From the IMG/VR virus record IMGVR_UViG_3300029705_003489: DNA of 20,000 nt; one strand, 5' to 3'. Origin of the DNA: an uncultured virus (IMG/VR IMGVR_UViG_3300029705_003489) (Duplodnaviria > Heunggongvirae > Uroviricota > Caudoviricetes). Below, piece by piece: positions 1-8,583 of the stretch. The translations under genes and the position numbers were made by a program. The notes below the pieces were generated by a model that searched no databases, was not told the DNA's origin, and worked only from the letters and a program-made list of their open reading frames with translations. Positions within the stretch are counted from its first letter, which is position 1. The number at the start of each line of letters is the position of its first letter.

Positions 1-58
1 GGGAAAATTGAAGTCCGGTGTAGGTTGGATTTCTCTTGATCATGTAACCAAGATGTAA
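1..58 (+). CDS. 3' end of probable phage endolysin/amidase (SH3-like cell-wall-binding C-terminus), partial
   Basis: Frame 2 from base 2 reads GKLKSGVGWISLDHVTKM*, resembling the (W)GKLKSGAGWISLDY C-terminus of Clostridial phage lysins; followed by a terminator and then recombinase genes. Confidence 0.7.
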   Translation, partial: GKLKSGVGWISLDHVTKM

Positions 59-107
59 AGCATTTTACATTGAATTACAGTAAGACAATATGATATTGTT
101 AGGATGG

Positions 108-150
108 AACAAGGCTCAGTAGATAAAGATTTACTGGGTCTTGTTTTTTT
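108..150 (+). terminator. Rho-independent terminator after the lysin gene
   Basis: AACAAGGCTCAGTAGAT-AAAG-ATTTACTGGGTCTTGTT stem (with G:U pairs) followed by a T run. Confidence 0.8.
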
Positions 151-194
151 GACCATTTATTCCAAAGATTGTGCTTTGTACGGTCAGAAATGAC

Positions 195-223
195 TTGCTA
201 TCTTTGGAATAGTATTTTAATAT
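195..223 (+). promoter_or_regulatory. Putative sigma-A-type promoter for the LSR pair
   Basis: TTGCTA-N17-TAATAT upstream of the AGGAGG RBS at 241-246. Confidence 0.35.
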
Positions 224-254
224 GTCACTACCAAAAAGGAAGGAGGCAGATTGC

Positions 255-1745
255 ATGGAAATTCAAGTGATAAAACCGAGCCGGGATATTATAAAGAAGA
301 TGCGGGTATGCGCTTATGCAAGAGTATCCACATCTGATGATGAACAGGAAAATTCACTGGAGAACCAAATGGAACATTACATGGATTTAATTAAGAGCAA
401 TCCAATGTATGAGTATGTAAAAGTGTACTATGATTTTGGTATCTCCGGTTTTAAAGAAAAACGTTCCGGCTTCCAAGAAATGATGCAGGATGCACGGAAT
501 GGAAAAATAGATTTAATTATTGTAAAGTCCATATCGAGATTTGCACGAAATACCGTCACCGTTCTGAAGGCTGCACGAGAGCTTAAAGAACTGGGTGTCG
601 GTATTTTTTTTGAAATTCAAAACATCAATACACTGACAGAAGCAGGGGAATTGATGCTTACGATATTATCTGCATTTGCACAGGCAGAGAGTGACAACTA
701 CAGCCAACTGACTAGAATGGGTATTCAACGCAAGTATGAAAAGGGAGAACCGATTCGGAGGTTGGAACGCAGCTTTGGATACCGAAAGAATGAGTGTGGG
801 GAATATGAAAAAGAGCCTGCAGAGGCACGATGGATAAAGCGTATGTATGAAATGATTGCTGACGGGTATTCTCCGGCAGAAGTAAAACGCTATCTGAATG
901 ACAATGGAGTACGGACGGTTCAGGGAAAAGAATTCTTGGATTGTACGGTTATCCGCATTATTGAAAATGAAATTTACAAGGGTGATTTTGTTATGCATAA
1001 GCACTTTGTGAATGCAGACCGAAAAGAAGTGAGGAATAGGGGCGAAGTGGATTCTTGGTACATTCGTGATGACCATCAGCCTATCGTAAGCAGAAAACTT
1101 TGGCAGAAGGCACAGGATGCTTTGGCAGAGAAACGCGCCTATCTTGCGGAAGGCTCTGTGGTAGGAGAGAATACAGAAGAAATATACCCTTATAAAAATA
1201 AAATCTACTGCGCTACTTGTGGCCATCCGCTTTATCGCCGGGTGCATAGTTACGGAAACAGAGTAAATTGGGGATGCAGCGGGCAAAAGCGTTATAATAA
1301 AGAATTCTGTTCCGGCATTAACGTTCCGGATGCCGTTATCCGCTCTTGGGGAGAATTTGAAGGGAATATTTATATCAGCAAGGAAGAGGATTCTCTTGGG
1401 AAGGCTGAGTTTGCATTCCAAAAGGAAAGTGCATGGAAGAGGAAACACACCAAGAAAGAAATACCGGCCGTGCCTGCACTTAGCGAGGAGAATTATCCGT
1501 ATTGCAAGAAAATTTTTTGCAAGAAATGTGGCAGCAGACTTACCAGAACATTTAATACTTCGGGGCAAGTGAGATGGGCTTGCCTCGGTGCCACAAAAAA
1601 AGGAATTTCATTTTGCACCGGGGTGAGGGTTCCTGATGAAGTAGTCCGAACATGGAAATTTGAAACAGAAATACTAATTGAAGGAAAGGAAGAGAAAAAT
1701 GGCAAGAAAAGTTACAGTTATACCCGCAAAACAAGCCGGAAGTAA
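255..1745 (+). CDS. Large serine recombinase 1 (resolvase + recombinase domains + two tandem zinc ribbons)
   Basis: Catalytic YARVST motif, DFGISG, KSISRFARN, recombinase domain FGY...HQPIVS, and two CxxCG...WxC...C zinc ribbons. Start moved to ATG 255 because of the AGGAGG RBS. Confidence 0.93.
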   Translation: MEIQVIKPSRDIIKKMRVCAYARVSTSDDEQENSLENQMEHYMDLIKSNPMYEYVKVYYDFGISGFKEKRSGFQEMMQDARNGKIDLIIVKSISRFARNTVTVLKAARELKELGVGIFFEIQNINTLTEAGELMLTILSAFAQAESDNYSQLTRMGIQRKYEKGEPIRRLERSFGYRKNECGEYEKEPAEARWIKRMYEMIADGYSPAEVKRYLNDNGVRTVQGKEFLDCTVIRIIENEIYKGDFVMHKHFVNADRKEVRNRGEVDSWYIRDDHQPIVSRKLWQKAQDALAEKRAYLAEGSVVGENTEEIYPYKNKIYCATCGHPLYRRVHSYGNRVNWGCSGQKRYNKEFCSGINVPDAVIRSWGEFEGNIYISKEEDSLGKAEFAFQKESAWKRKHTKKEIPAVPALSEENYPYCKKIFCKKCGSRLTRTFNTSGQVRWACLGATKKGISFCTGVRVPDEVVRTWKFETEILIEGKEEKNGKKSYSYTRKTSRK

Positions 1746-3072
1746 AACTGGCAAGAAAGCAACTGAGGTAAGGAAAACCCGAGTGGCTGCATACTGTAGA
1801 GTCTCTACGGATGAGGATGAACAGTTAAATTCCTTTGAAAACCAAGTGGAATACTATACTCGATATATTACGGGAAATCCGGCATATGAATTGGTAGATA
1901 TTTATGCGGATGAAGGAATATCCGGTACGAACACAAGAAAGAGAAAAGAATTTCAACGCATGATTGCTGACTGCGAGGCGGGAAAAATTGATATGGTAAT
2001 TGTAAAATCGATTTCACGTTTTGCAAGAAACACGCAGGACTGCTTAATGTATTCACGACAGCTTAAAAATTTAGGAATAGGTATAATTTTTGAAAAGGAG
2101 AACATCAACACGCTAGATGCGAGTGGTGAACTCCTTTTTACTATTTTAAGCTCCCTCGCACAGGATGAGTCAAGAAACATTTCTGAAAACTGCAAGTGGG
2201 GAATCCGTAGCAAATTTCAAAAAGGAATACCGCACATCAATACCTTTAAATTCATGGGATATGACAAGGATAAAGAAGGGCGTTTGGTAATCAATGCAAA
2301 GGAAGCAAAATTGGTTAAAAGGATTTTTAAAGAATTTTTAGAGGGTTTCAATCCGGCAGATATAGCAAGGCGATTAAATGAAGAAGGAATTCCGGGAGTA
2401 ACCGGAAAGCCACAATGGAGCAGGCAGACGATACGTGGTATGCTGCAGCAGGAAAAATATATGGGTGACAGCATATTGCAGAAATGGGTAACCACGGATT
2501 ATCTGAACCATAGCCTACGGAAGAACAACGGAATAGTAGAGCAATATTATGTGGAAAAATCGCATCCAGCAATTATTGATAAGGAAACATGGACAGCGGT
2601 GCAGGAAGAATTTGAGCGCCGGGAGGCTTATTGCAAAGCTCATCATTTGGCTGCATACTCATACCGAGCTGACATAAATGCATTCAATAGCAAGGTTATT
2701 TGCGGAAAGTGCAATCTTGCCTTTGCTAGAAAATCATGGACCAGAAAAGGCTTTGTGGGATGGGAATGCAAGAGCGAGGATTTTGGCGGTTATGTAAAAG
2801 AAGAAACTTTAATGCAGGCTTTTATAATGGCATGGAATTATACCGTGAAAAACAGGGATAAATTCATGGGGCATTGGGAAGAACAGGCTGACGGAAAGGA
2901 ACCGCTTAAGAAAATCCGTGCAAAGCAGATGATGGAACTTACTAACGAAGGAACGATTACCACATTTTTGCCGGAACTGGTGCAGATGGTACTTGAGAAG
3001 GTTGTGGTGCATGGCAAGGAACACTTTACGGTTTGTTTCTTGGATGGCTCGGAAAGAGAAATTTTATTATAA
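1699..3072 (+). CDS. Large serine recombinase 2
   Basis: YCRVST, YADEGISGT, KSISRFARN, SLAQDESRNISEN, HPAII, shortened CGKC...WEC ribbon, C-terminal FLDGSE. ATG 1699 follows GAAAGGA and overlaps LSR1 by 47 nt. Confidence 0.93.
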   Translation: MARKVTVIPAKQAGSKTGKKATEVRKTRVAAYCRVSTDEDEQLNSFENQVEYYTRYITGNPAYELVDIYADEGISGTNTRKRKEFQRMIADCEAGKIDMVIVKSISRFARNTQDCLMYSRQLKNLGIGIIFEKENINTLDASGELLFTILSSLAQDESRNISENCKWGIRSKFQKGIPHINTFKFMGYDKDKEGRLVINAKEAKLVKRIFKEFLEGFNPADIARRLNEEGIPGVTGKPQWSRQTIRGMLQQEKYMGDSILQKWVTTDYLNHSLRKNNGIVEQYYVEKSHPAIIDKETWTAVQEEFERREAYCKAHHLAAYSYRADINAFNSKVICGKCNLAFARKSWTRKGFVGWECKSEDFGGYVKEETLMQAFIMAWNYTVKNRDKFMGHWEEQADGKEPLKKIRAKQMMELTNEGTITTFLPELVQMVLEKVVVHGKEHFTVCFLDGSEREILL

Positions 3073-3088
3073 GAGCGAGTGAACAAAA

Positions 3089-3130
3089 GGAAGGGTGCAG
3101 AGCAGGATTGTATTACTGTTGCACCCTTCC
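3089..3130. terminator. Stem-loop between convergent genes, probable bidirectional terminator
   Basis: Perfect 11-bp inverted repeat GGAAGGGTGCA ... TGCACCCTTCC between the stops at 3072 (+) and 3148 (-). Confidence 0.7.
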
Positions 3131-3147
3131 ATAAGATATATCATTTT

Positions 3148-4080
3148 TTATTCTGATGCAACGATTGAAGTCTCATCACTTTGGAACAGAGCAATCTGCT
3201 CGTTTTCATCCGGAATGGAGTCTGGCACTGGAACTTCTTCGACATCTTCTTTTTCTATTTTATCCTTTGCCTTTGCACCTTTATGGGAATACAATTTATT
3301 GAATTGGAGTGGTCGCTGGCATTTCTTGTTGTATGCGATGAGCATGGCTTCGGAATATCCGAGGGAGCCGGCACGGCGGTCTCTTGCAGTGCGGCTAAGT
3401 TCCTTTATGGAAAGGCGGCCAAGTTTTTCAATGAATGTACTGTCTTTTAACTCATCTCCGTAACAGTGAAGGAGTCTGGCAACACCGTTTATCATATTGG
3501 CACTGAAAGATTTCTGCTCACCTTCCCAAGTTCCGATGATAAGTCGAATGGAGTGATCAAGAATATGGTATCCATATTTTTCGTATACGCTTTCCAAAGT
3601 GGAAACCGCACAAATTCCACCGGGCTGAGCTTTGCCGGATACTACCATATCATAAGATTCGACCAGTGATTTTATAATAAGCTGTTTATTGTTTCCTGCT
3701 TCAATGTTTGCCATGAAAATCTCATATGGCTGTAGTGCTTTGGTATATTTCATCTGATTGGCAAAAATATCTGCTTCTTGCGTGTATTCCAAATCGTCAT
3801 AAATCATGCACCATACTGGGGTTTCACGAGAGCCGGATACTAATGCAATGATTTCTATGGTATGCTGTCCGTTAAATACATAGTTTACGTTATCTCTACG
3901 GCTGACCTTTACAGGATTGATTTGATATAAATCAAAATTGGCAGCAGCATTTTGTACGTGTTTTACGGAAACGTTACGCTGATAATCCTGATTGGACACA
4001 AGATTTTTAATGGGGATTAATTCATAATGTACTTGGGGGATAAATTGCTTTAAATATTCTTCATCTGTTGTTTCACTCAT
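3148..4080 (-). CDS. ParB/Srx-fold protein with DGQHR-like motif (DUF6551-like)
   Basis: N-terminal L...DYQR...NPVKVSRRDNVNYVFNGQHT matches the YQR...DGQH(R/T) pattern of ParB-like/DndB-type domains. GGAGG RBS before ATG 4080; start overlaps the upstream stop (ATGAGTGA). Confidence 0.7.
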   Translation of the reverse strand: MSETTDEEYLKQFIPQVHYELIPIKNLVSNQDYQRNVSVKHVQNAAANFDLYQINPVKVSRRDNVNYVFNGQHTIEIIALVSGSRETPVWCMIYDDLEYTQEADIFANQMKYTKALQPYEIFMANIEAGNNKQLIIKSLVESYDMVVSGKAQPGGICAVSTLESVYEKYGYHILDHSIRLIIGTWEGEQKSFSANMINGVARLLHCYGDELKDSTFIEKLGRLSIKELSRTARDRRAGSLGYSEAMLIAYNKKCQRPLQFNKLYSHKGAKAKDKIEKEDVEEVPVPDSIPDENEQIALFQSDETSIVASE

Positions 4081-5023
4081 GATATTCCTCCCGGATAATT
4101 TTTTGTAGTGTATTGATTTGATCTTCAAGTGCAGCTAATTGGTTATCTAATTTGTATAGGGCTTCTGTTGTAGCATCACCAAATTTTGCGAGTGACATGG
4201 TTCGTTTCATTGAACTAATCCACATCGGGATTGTTAAAGTGAGGCTAGATAATTCTGCATCAGGGTCATACTTTGGCATCTGCTTAATTACAGGCTTAGG
4301 TAAATTCCGGTTTTCCTTTTTGATACGTTCCTTATCTCGTTGTACGCTTTTCTGCATTTCAGTGGGAAGTAAGCGTTGCCCTTTGCCGTTTTTAAAACGT
4401 GTATGAATTACGCGGATTTCCTCGGCAGACAATTTACTTAGTTCCACAGTATTTGTATGCCGGATATGAAAATTTCCAAGTAAGATATCATCCACGATTT
4501 CTGGTGCTTTTTTATCGAGTTCATCCAGTGCTTCAGAATAAGTTTTATATTTACAGATAGAACCTTCGGACATAGGATAATACTTTTCGATTAGGGTAGC
4601 AGTAAGGTTTTTGGTGGATGTAAAATTAGGCCTGCGAAGTTCAGCAGGAGTATATTGATTCTGCACCGGGTATTTTTCATGAAATAACCGTTTTTGAGCA
4701 TTATATAATTTACCAACACAGTAATGCATTTGTTCTTCCACGAGTTCTGCATTTTTTAAGGACAATAGGCAAATGTGAGAGATGGCCTCATTACGGGAAA
4801 CAAAGTCTATTTCCTCGATGTGGAATGGTATGGATAACTTATGGTATAATCCGTAAAGCGTGAGTCCCTCAATAACAATTTTATTCCAAACAACGATAGG
4901 TTTTTGGTATGCTTCATATAGGATTTTACGCTCCAATTTTGCATATTCTTCCGGTGTGGCAGCAGGAGTAAGTTTGGCAAATTCTCTATCAATTATTAAG
5001 TTATAAAGATGTTTTTCATTCAT
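4073..5023 (-). CDS. Degenerate ParB-like N-terminal-domain protein
   Basis: IIDREFAKLTPAATPEEYAKLERKIL...KPIVVWNKIVIEGLTLY resembles IDPEF..L..EEY..LE..I...PIIVW...IDGHNRY, but the GHNR motif is replaced by GLTL. C-terminus looks coiled-coil. Confidence 0.6.
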   Translation of the reverse strand: MNEKHLYNLIIDREFAKLTPAATPEEYAKLERKILYEAYQKPIVVWNKIVIEGLTLYGLYHKLSIPFHIEEIDFVSRNEAISHICLLSLKNAELVEEQMHYCVGKLYNAQKRLFHEKYPVQNQYTPAELRRPNFTSTKNLTATLIEKYYPMSEGSICKYKTYSEALDELDKKAPEIVDDILLGNFHIRHTNTVELSKLSAEEIRVIHTRFKNGKGQRLLPTEMQKSVQRDKERIKKENRNLPKPVIKQMPKYDPDAELSSLTLTIPMWISSMKRTMSLAKFGDATTEALYKLDNQLAALEDQINTLQKIIREEYHE

Positions 5024-5026
5024 ATG

Positions 5027-5425
5027 TTATTCCTCAATATTTTCTTCTAGCAGAATGGAATCTGCCATACAAAATGTAACCAGTTTTTCAGCTTCTATTA
5101 AGCGTCCTTCGATGTGATAACAGTGTCCGTCCTTCCAGTTGAAACCATCGGCAATACTACGAAGTTTCAAGATAAGGTAGGTACTGTATAATTCACAGCA
5201 TTGTTTTCCACCGACCAATGACCACTTGATTTTTTCAGAATACATATCATTGGCACCGCAGCTCCGAAAGGCAAGAGTGGAAGTATTTGGGTTTACGAGA
5301 ATCTGTATGTATTTTGGATTGCCAAGGAGATGCAGTGTTGTTTTATGAATACGGATTCTGCATTTCTTTAGGTCCATTAGCAGAGAAGGACGGATTGAGG
5401 GTGAGTTGCTCATAAGGTTGTTCAT
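5027..5425 (-). CDS. Hypothetical protein, paralog of the LSR3 C-terminal domain
   Basis: YIQILVNP...LAFRSC...W....YHIEGRL...LVTF aligns by eye with 5343-6080 and the LSR3 C-terminus. GAGGA RBS before ATG 5425. Confidence 0.75.
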   Translation of the reverse strand: MNNLMSNSPSIRPSLLMDLKKCRIRIHKTTLHLLGNPKYIQILVNPNTSTLAFRSCGANDMYSEKIKWSLVGGKQCCELYSTYLILKLRSIADGFNWKDGHCYHIEGRLIEAEKLVTFCMADSILLEENIEE

Positions 5426-6080
5426 TGTTTGGTTCCTCACTTTCTGTTAGGGTGATTATTGCTTCTGGAGTGGTCTGTTGAGTATCAGCTTCTAAACCAA
5501 ATACAGCGTATCCATTAAAGAGATTAATCTGCATGGCGGCACGGTGTTCAGCCACTGGCACACCAAACTGATTTTTCCAATCCTCTGGATAGGCTGGGGT
5601 GCGGGCAGTGGATGTTTTTCCATCTTCTTTTACGGTACGTTTATAAATTTCCGGTGCATTTAAATCAAACACAAATAATAATTCATCACCGGACTTGATT
5701 AACTTACCCAATAATTTATAGCGGTAGTCAGGATTCCATTCCATAAGGGAAAGAACCTTTGCAAAAAACATTCTGCAAGTAATCTGCTTTGGAGAGCGTT
5801 TGTTGGTGGCAGAGCACCACCGGAAAGAATCTTTCTCATCTTCCTTACATGGACGAACGGCTAATTTCTTGTTTTCCGGGTTTACAAGAATCTGAACATA
5901 GTCAAATTCAGGAAGCTTTTTGATACATGCGGTGTTGACAGACACCTTGTAGTTATTAAAGGTAAATGATGGTTCATAAACATGTGCGAAAAATTCTCCT
6001 CGAACAACTTGGTAGCCTTCGTAGCTAAAGGCATCATCCTCGATGATTTCAATTTCATTTGTCATAGGGTCTCTACTCAT
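5343..6080 (-). CDS. Hypothetical recombinase-associated protein, paralog of the LSR3 C-terminal domain
   Basis: FSYEGYQVVRGEFF...YVQILVNPENKKLAVRPC...YRYKLLG...FVFDL...YPEDWKNQFG. GGAGG RBS before ATG 6080; start overlaps the LSR3 stop. Confidence 0.85.
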   Translation of the reverse strand: MSRDPMTNEIEIIEDDAFSYEGYQVVRGEFFAHVYEPSFTFNNYKVSVNTACIKKLPEFDYVQILVNPENKKLAVRPCKEDEKDSFRWCSATNKRSPKQITCRMFFAKVLSLMEWNPDYRYKLLGKLIKSGDELLFVFDLNAPEIYKRTVKEDGKTSTARTPAYPEDWKNQFGVPVAEHRAAMQINLFNGYAVFGLEADTQQTTPEAIITLTESEEPNNEQPYEQLTLNPSFSANGPKEMQNPYS

Positions 6081-7950
6081 TTTGTTCCTCCTGTCGTATT
6101 CCTTCAATTATGATTTCAATATTTCTTTCTAGTTCGTCCGGACTTGTGGTTTGGAGAGGATTTGGATTGAAGGTTGTTCCTTCATTTTGTGTATTCCAGT
6201 TTCCGGTTCTTGAAAATGTGGCTAATTCTTTGGCTTGAGACTGTCTGTAATAGTCATTGCCAAAGGAATGCATCCAGTTCTCAGGAAAAGCCCGGATGCT
6301 AGATTTTGTTCCTAGTGGCTTTATGTTTTCATCGAATGGTGGAAGAACAGTTTCTCCGTTTTCCTCCGTATCAATGGAAGTGTGGGGAATGAGAACTTCA
6401 ATGTCTGTTAAGTTAAAAACAATGACGGTTTCACCGGGACTCTGCATTTTGACTCCAATTATTCGGTATTTGCATTCGGTTTTCCAACCAAATAAATCGT
6501 ATAGATTCGGCAGAAAGGCCGCACCGGAAATTTGTCTTGGAATAAGTAAACCGTTGTGAAGTTTGGAACACTGGACAGCGTGCTTGTTTTCCTTCATGGA
6601 TGGTCGCAGAGCAAAAAAATGCTCACCGGGATGTACCAACATCTCAACATACTGGGTATCGAATTTTCTTACGCATTCGGTACTGAAATTGATGTGGTCA
6701 ATGGAAAAAGTGGCACATATTTTATTTGCAGTATCGAAGAATTGAGCTCTGGCAACTTCAAATCCACGTAAGTCAAAGTCACCAGTATTTCTTTCTACGG
6801 GTTTTAGCTTGGGCATCGCTAAGGCGTCATAAACACTTTCTGAGGCAAGCATATAATCACTGGCTTTAAAACCAGCCCAACGAGGATTGATGGAAACATA
6901 ACCTCGTAGGGCTCCCTGTGTAATAACATGGAGTTCAGGCAGCATTCCCTTGTTTCCATACTTCGCATTACTGATTAAGTGCTGCACGGCAATAAAATCA
7001 TCTCTGCTTATGATGGCCTCATGGTGATTACGCTGACGATATTGGTTACGGTCTTGACGGTTCTTTTTGGACTTATGGTCAAGGTAACTGGGAGTCCAAG
7101 TTTTACGTGCAAGTACATCACCACAATGTCTCTCATTTTGGAGGACACCAAGGACTGAACCGGGAGACCATTGCGTGTTTCCTTTCTTTGTTCTTCTGCC
7201 GAGTGTGGTCAGCGTATCTGCGATTTTTTGACAGGTATAACCGTATAGATACATGAAGAAGATGAGTCGGACGGTTTTTGCTTCCTCTTCATTGATAATC
7301 AAATTACCGTCTTCGTCTTGGTCATAACCAAGAAGTGGGGGAGTCAGAAAAATACCTCTACGAAAGCGCATCTCAACGGAAGCATTCATAATTTCACTTT
7401 TATTATGGCTTTCTTCCTGTGCCAAAGTAGAAATAAATGAGAGGCTCATTTCACTATTGGCATCTAATGTGTAGATGTTTTCCGTTTCAAAGAACACACC
7501 TATAGGTGGTTGCATGGCTGCAAGCTGTCGGACATATCCGATGCAGTCCAATACATTTCTTGCGAATCTTGACACACTCTTGGTAACGATTAAATCGATT
7601 TTTCCGGCACGGCAATCCGCAATCATGCGAACGAAAGAGTCCCGGTGCTGGAGGGATGTTCCAGAGATGCCTTCGTCTGCATAGATTTCAATAAGTTTCC
7701 ATCCGGGGTGTCGGCTGACAACATCTTGGTAGTGGTTCTTTTGAAGTTCGTAAGAGGAAGTCTGTCTTGGGTCATCGGTAGAAACTCTGGCATAGACTGC
7801 GACACGTTTCTCACGGTCATCTTCATAGAAATTGGTCTGGGGGAGAGCAGGAATGACATCCAACTCATCAGCATTTAGTCCCTTGTAACGTTCACGAATT
7901 TTTTCTTTTTGACTGGCTGCATTTCGAAGCTTTCCTTCATTCTCTTTCAT
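6073..7950 (-). CDS. Large serine recombinase 3 with atypical C-terminal domain (no zinc ribbon)
   Basis: YARVST, YADEGISGT, KSVSRFARN, LAQEESHNKS, LLGYD, HEAIIS. No CxxC ribbon follows; an unfamiliar ~250-aa C-terminal region takes its place. AGAAAGGAG RBS. Confidence 0.92.
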   Translation of the reverse strand: MKENEGKLRNAASQKEKIRERYKGLNADELDVIPALPQTNFYEDDREKRVAVYARVSTDDPRQTSSYELQKNHYQDVVSRHPGWKLIEIYADEGISGTSLQHRDSFVRMIADCRAGKIDLIVTKSVSRFARNVLDCIGYVRQLAAMQPPIGVFFETENIYTLDANSEMSLSFISTLAQEESHNKSEIMNASVEMRFRRGIFLTPPLLGYDQDEDGNLIINEEEAKTVRLIFFMYLYGYTCQKIADTLTTLGRRTKKGNTQWSPGSVLGVLQNERHCGDVLARKTWTPSYLDHKSKKNRQDRNQYRQRNHHEAIISRDDFIAVQHLISNAKYGNKGMLPELHVITQGALRGYVSINPRWAGFKASDYMLASESVYDALAMPKLKPVERNTGDFDLRGFEVARAQFFDTANKICATFSIDHINFSTECVRKFDTQYVEMLVHPGEHFFALRPSMKENKHAVQCSKLHNGLLIPRQISGAAFLPNLYDLFGWKTECKYRIIGVKMQSPGETVIVFNLTDIEVLIPHTSIDTEENGETVLPPFDENIKPLGTKSSIRAFPENWMHSFGNDYYRQSQAKELATFSRTGNWNTQNEGTTFNPNPLQTTSPDELERNIEIIIEGIRQEEQNE

Positions 7951-8027
7951 GCAGAATAACTCCTTTCTGCGGTGTTTCTATTACACCCTGACGTTATAAA
8001 AAATTATATTTGTCGAATAAATAAAAT

Positions 8028-8069
8028 AAAAGCGACTGTGGGTTTACCTATCAACCTACAGTCGCTTTT
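8028..8069 (-). terminator. Rho-independent terminator after minus-strand XRE gene
   Basis: AAAAGCGACTGTGGGTT...AACCTACAGTCGCTTTT inverted repeat, followed on the minus strand by a T-rich tail. Confidence 0.75.
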
Positions 8070-8100
8070 CAATGAAAAATATTTGTATTTAAATGAGTTA

Positions 8101-8445
8101 TTATTGTTCTTTTGCTTTTCGGAGAGCATCCTTCATATCACGAACCATTTTCGTGATGGCATGGGTTTCGTCAGCAGTGCAGTCAGATAATATATCGCTG
8201 ATTTCTCGACTTTGGATGGCACTCACTTGTGGAATATCTGTACGGAGCAACCAGTCAGCAGAAACTTGAAGCGCTTCTGTCAAGCGCATAAAGATATCTA
8301 AACCGATATTTGTTTTTCCGTTTTCAATATCGCTAATATGAGTAATGGAAACTTGGGCCTTTTCTGCCAAATCAGCTTGACTGAGCCTTTGTTGTTTTCT
8401 TGCTTCACGTATGCGATAACCAATGTCTTTTATTTTGCTGTCCAT
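8101..8445 (-). CDS. XRE-family helix-turn-helix regulator
   Basis: IGYRIREARKQQRLSQADLAEKAQVSITHISDIENG is an HTH_3-type pattern. GAGGTG RBS before ATG 8445. Confidence 0.9.
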   Translation of the reverse strand: MDSKIKDIGYRIREARKQQRLSQADLAEKAQVSITHISDIENGKTNIGLDIFMRLTEALQVSADWLLRTDIPQVSAIQSREISDILSDCTADETHAITKMVRDMKDALRKAKEQ

Positions 8446-8456
8446 AGAACACCTCA

Positions 8457-8539
8457 TCGTTTATCGTGTATGTTTTTTGTTATTTTATACACAATAGACG
8501 AAGAATAAAATAGTCTACGGTTGAAGTTATCGCCTATCG
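8457..8539. promoter_or_regulatory. Putative operator region between divergent XRE genes
   Basis: Imperfect inverted repeat TCGTTTATCGTGTAT (8457-8471) / ATACACAATAGACGA (8487-8501), plus related 9-mers AGTCTACGG (8512) and CGCCTATCG (8531). Confidence 0.5.
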
Positions 8540-8583
8540 GCTATATATTTAGCAAGAAAATTTTCAAAGGAGGTAACTTTTTT

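Noticed and set aside
666..1568. 300-aa minus-strand ORF and other short antisense/alternate-frame ORFs in the track
   Set aside because: They are shadows of well-supported genes and have no recognisable motifs.
5343..5425. 83-nt overlap between two minus-strand genes as a frameshift or pseudogene
   Set aside because: Both genes have their own RBS and a complete domain; the overlap covers only a low-complexity tail.
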